A DNA stretch of 64,000 nt, taken from contig NC_057718.1 of NCBI RefSeq assembly GCF_004010195.1, positions 59,044,838-59,108,837 of the forward strand, read 5' to 3'. Below are positions 62,431 to 64,000 of the stretch, piece after piece (position 1 is the stretch's first letter; every line of letters begins with the position of its first letter). Source of the stretch: Chiloscyllium plagiosum. Taxonomy: Eukaryota. Made by a program: the position numbers and the translations under genes. The notes below the pieces were generated by a model. It worked only from the letters and a program-made list of their open reading frames with translations, was not told where the DNA came from and did no database searches.

Positions 62431-63935
62431 AATTGTCTTTATTAGTCTACCAGTCTATCTCAACACACTGACATCTGCAGGAATTTGCATTGTCATTGAA
62501 AAGGTACATTATTTCCATGAACTAGTGGGTATAAGGGCTATTTTGGCACTTGCCTATCCTGTTTGCCAAGAAACTGCATTCACTACTTGATAGCTGGGTT
62601 GGGACTCGGTGGTTTCCAATACTTTTGCCTCAACCTATCAATCTCTGCTTTTGGTTAGTCCCAAAGTGAGTTGGTTAACTGAACTTTGAGAGTCATCCAA
62701 ACAGCACTTTAATGTATACCTAAACTGCAGCGGTTCAAGAAGGCTGCTGATCACTACCTTTTCAATGCTGGTAAGACATGGCCACTTGAATGGCCACTTC
62801 CTACAAAATAATAAAATAATATCTATTTCCCATTGTTCAAGATTTCTTTTATAACCTCTTGGCGCACAGTCACCATATTTATGCTGGGTTTCATCGAGAA
62901 GCCAGATCAAGAACTTGTCTCATTTGCCTTTTGTGGCTCCAAAAGGAATGGTAAAGAATAGACAAAACCTGGTCTTCCTCAATCTTATTTCCTTCAATGA
63001 CTGCTTAAAATCTCTCTGGAATTTTGCATGCTGGTAATTGTCATTGTGTCATATTCCAAGAGAAATTGACTAGCAGTCTGACTGTTGAAAATTCTTACTT
63101 TCTTTACATTGACCAAAGGATGCGAAGACTGCAGTGGTTTTGCTACTACACTGACCAAGCTTGTCTATCTCAGCACAATGTGAAGAAAGCTAGGATGTTA
63201 ATGGTCAGTTTGACTTGGTGTCTCGTTGTAAGGGCGAAGAAATTCTTTAATTTTTTTATTGAATTCTTTAAACTCTAATCACTAACTTTTGTCAGAGCCA
63301 TTTGAAATTGATTAACAAAGCCAATCTAAGCAGTTGAGTGTCTACAGCTGGAGTAGGTTTACAGATATAGTTCTCCAATTAAGTAAAGTACATTAATGAG
63401 CTTCCTACTCAGAATTGTACACAATTTCTGATAAAGCAAAAGGTAGATAAGTTACAAATGCATACATGATGGTTTTCATTGCAAATGTTAATAATTTGCA
63501 AGATGAAAGATTTAATGAGAAAGAATAGATTTAAAAACTAATAATACTAATGGGCTTAAAAATGCTGCCTGCTCTAACACAGTATAAAACTGTAAAAATT
63601 GATCAAAGGCCTGACAGGAAGTTTTATGTGAACATAAGTAAAGGCTGACAAGAACCTGCTGTGTGTGCCAAAGGTTCCCATGATGGAAAACTGAAACATG
63701 GTGCTCACTGACCACAGCGTGAGCCTTGACACAGGTCGTAAATAACTTTGTGATATATGAACACATTAAACAGCCGACTGGTGTATTAACAGCAGTAAAT
63801 CTGTGACAGGAGAAATGCTTGGCACTCAAGACCTTGTCTTTCTGATATTAGTTTCAGATTAATAGGGGTAAAGCAAACACATCAAATCACTAGTAGACTT
63901 TGATTTCATAAACCTTTCATATATTTTCTTCTCAG

Positions 63936-64000
63936 ACTTGCTTATATGGATGCAGAGTTCAGAACCATTAAGCTGAAGGCTGAGGATTCTGCAGGTCGAG
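63936..64000 (+). CDS. FANCL: FANCL coding exon 6, truncated by the window end (LAYMDAEFRTIKLKAEDSAGRE...)
   Basis: Acceptor ttttcttctcag. Completes the split Lys codon (AA+A). Resembles human LVYADTCFSTIKLKAEDASGRE. Confidence 0.93.

Overview
Eukaryotic genomic DNA, inferred to be from a cartilaginous fish (shark) because of its CR1/HER1-type LINEs and HE1/V-SINE-like SINEs. The only host gene is FANCL (Fanconi anaemia E3 ubiquitin ligase) on the + strand. I read six coding exons by hand (36391-36483, 44649-44707, 48061-48121, 49069-49125, 54185-54282, 63936->64000); all five introns are GT-AG, the phases match, and the gene continues past the window end. A candidate promoter with a 26-bp-periodic array of inverted CCAAT boxes and a likely non-coding first exon lies about 20 kb upstream (16370-16608). 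The rest is mostly nested, decayed mobile DNA: a Ty3/Gypsy relic with several insertions, a fairly young Tx1/L1-clade LINE, many CR1 pieces, Penelope-like elements, SINEs, probable solo LTRs and a Ty1/Copia (GalEa-like) relic in the intron after coding exon 5. The most notable non-coding signal is a dispersed family of short Penelope-derived repeats carrying a minimal hammerhead ribozyme core. Several copies are flanked by 12-15 bp target-site duplications and some are palindromic. All family assignments come from motif recognition, with no database search. Repeat boundaries are approximate unless a TSD is quoted. No CRISPR, rRNA or true tRNA genes were seen. There are two N gaps (14806-14846, 27538-27941).
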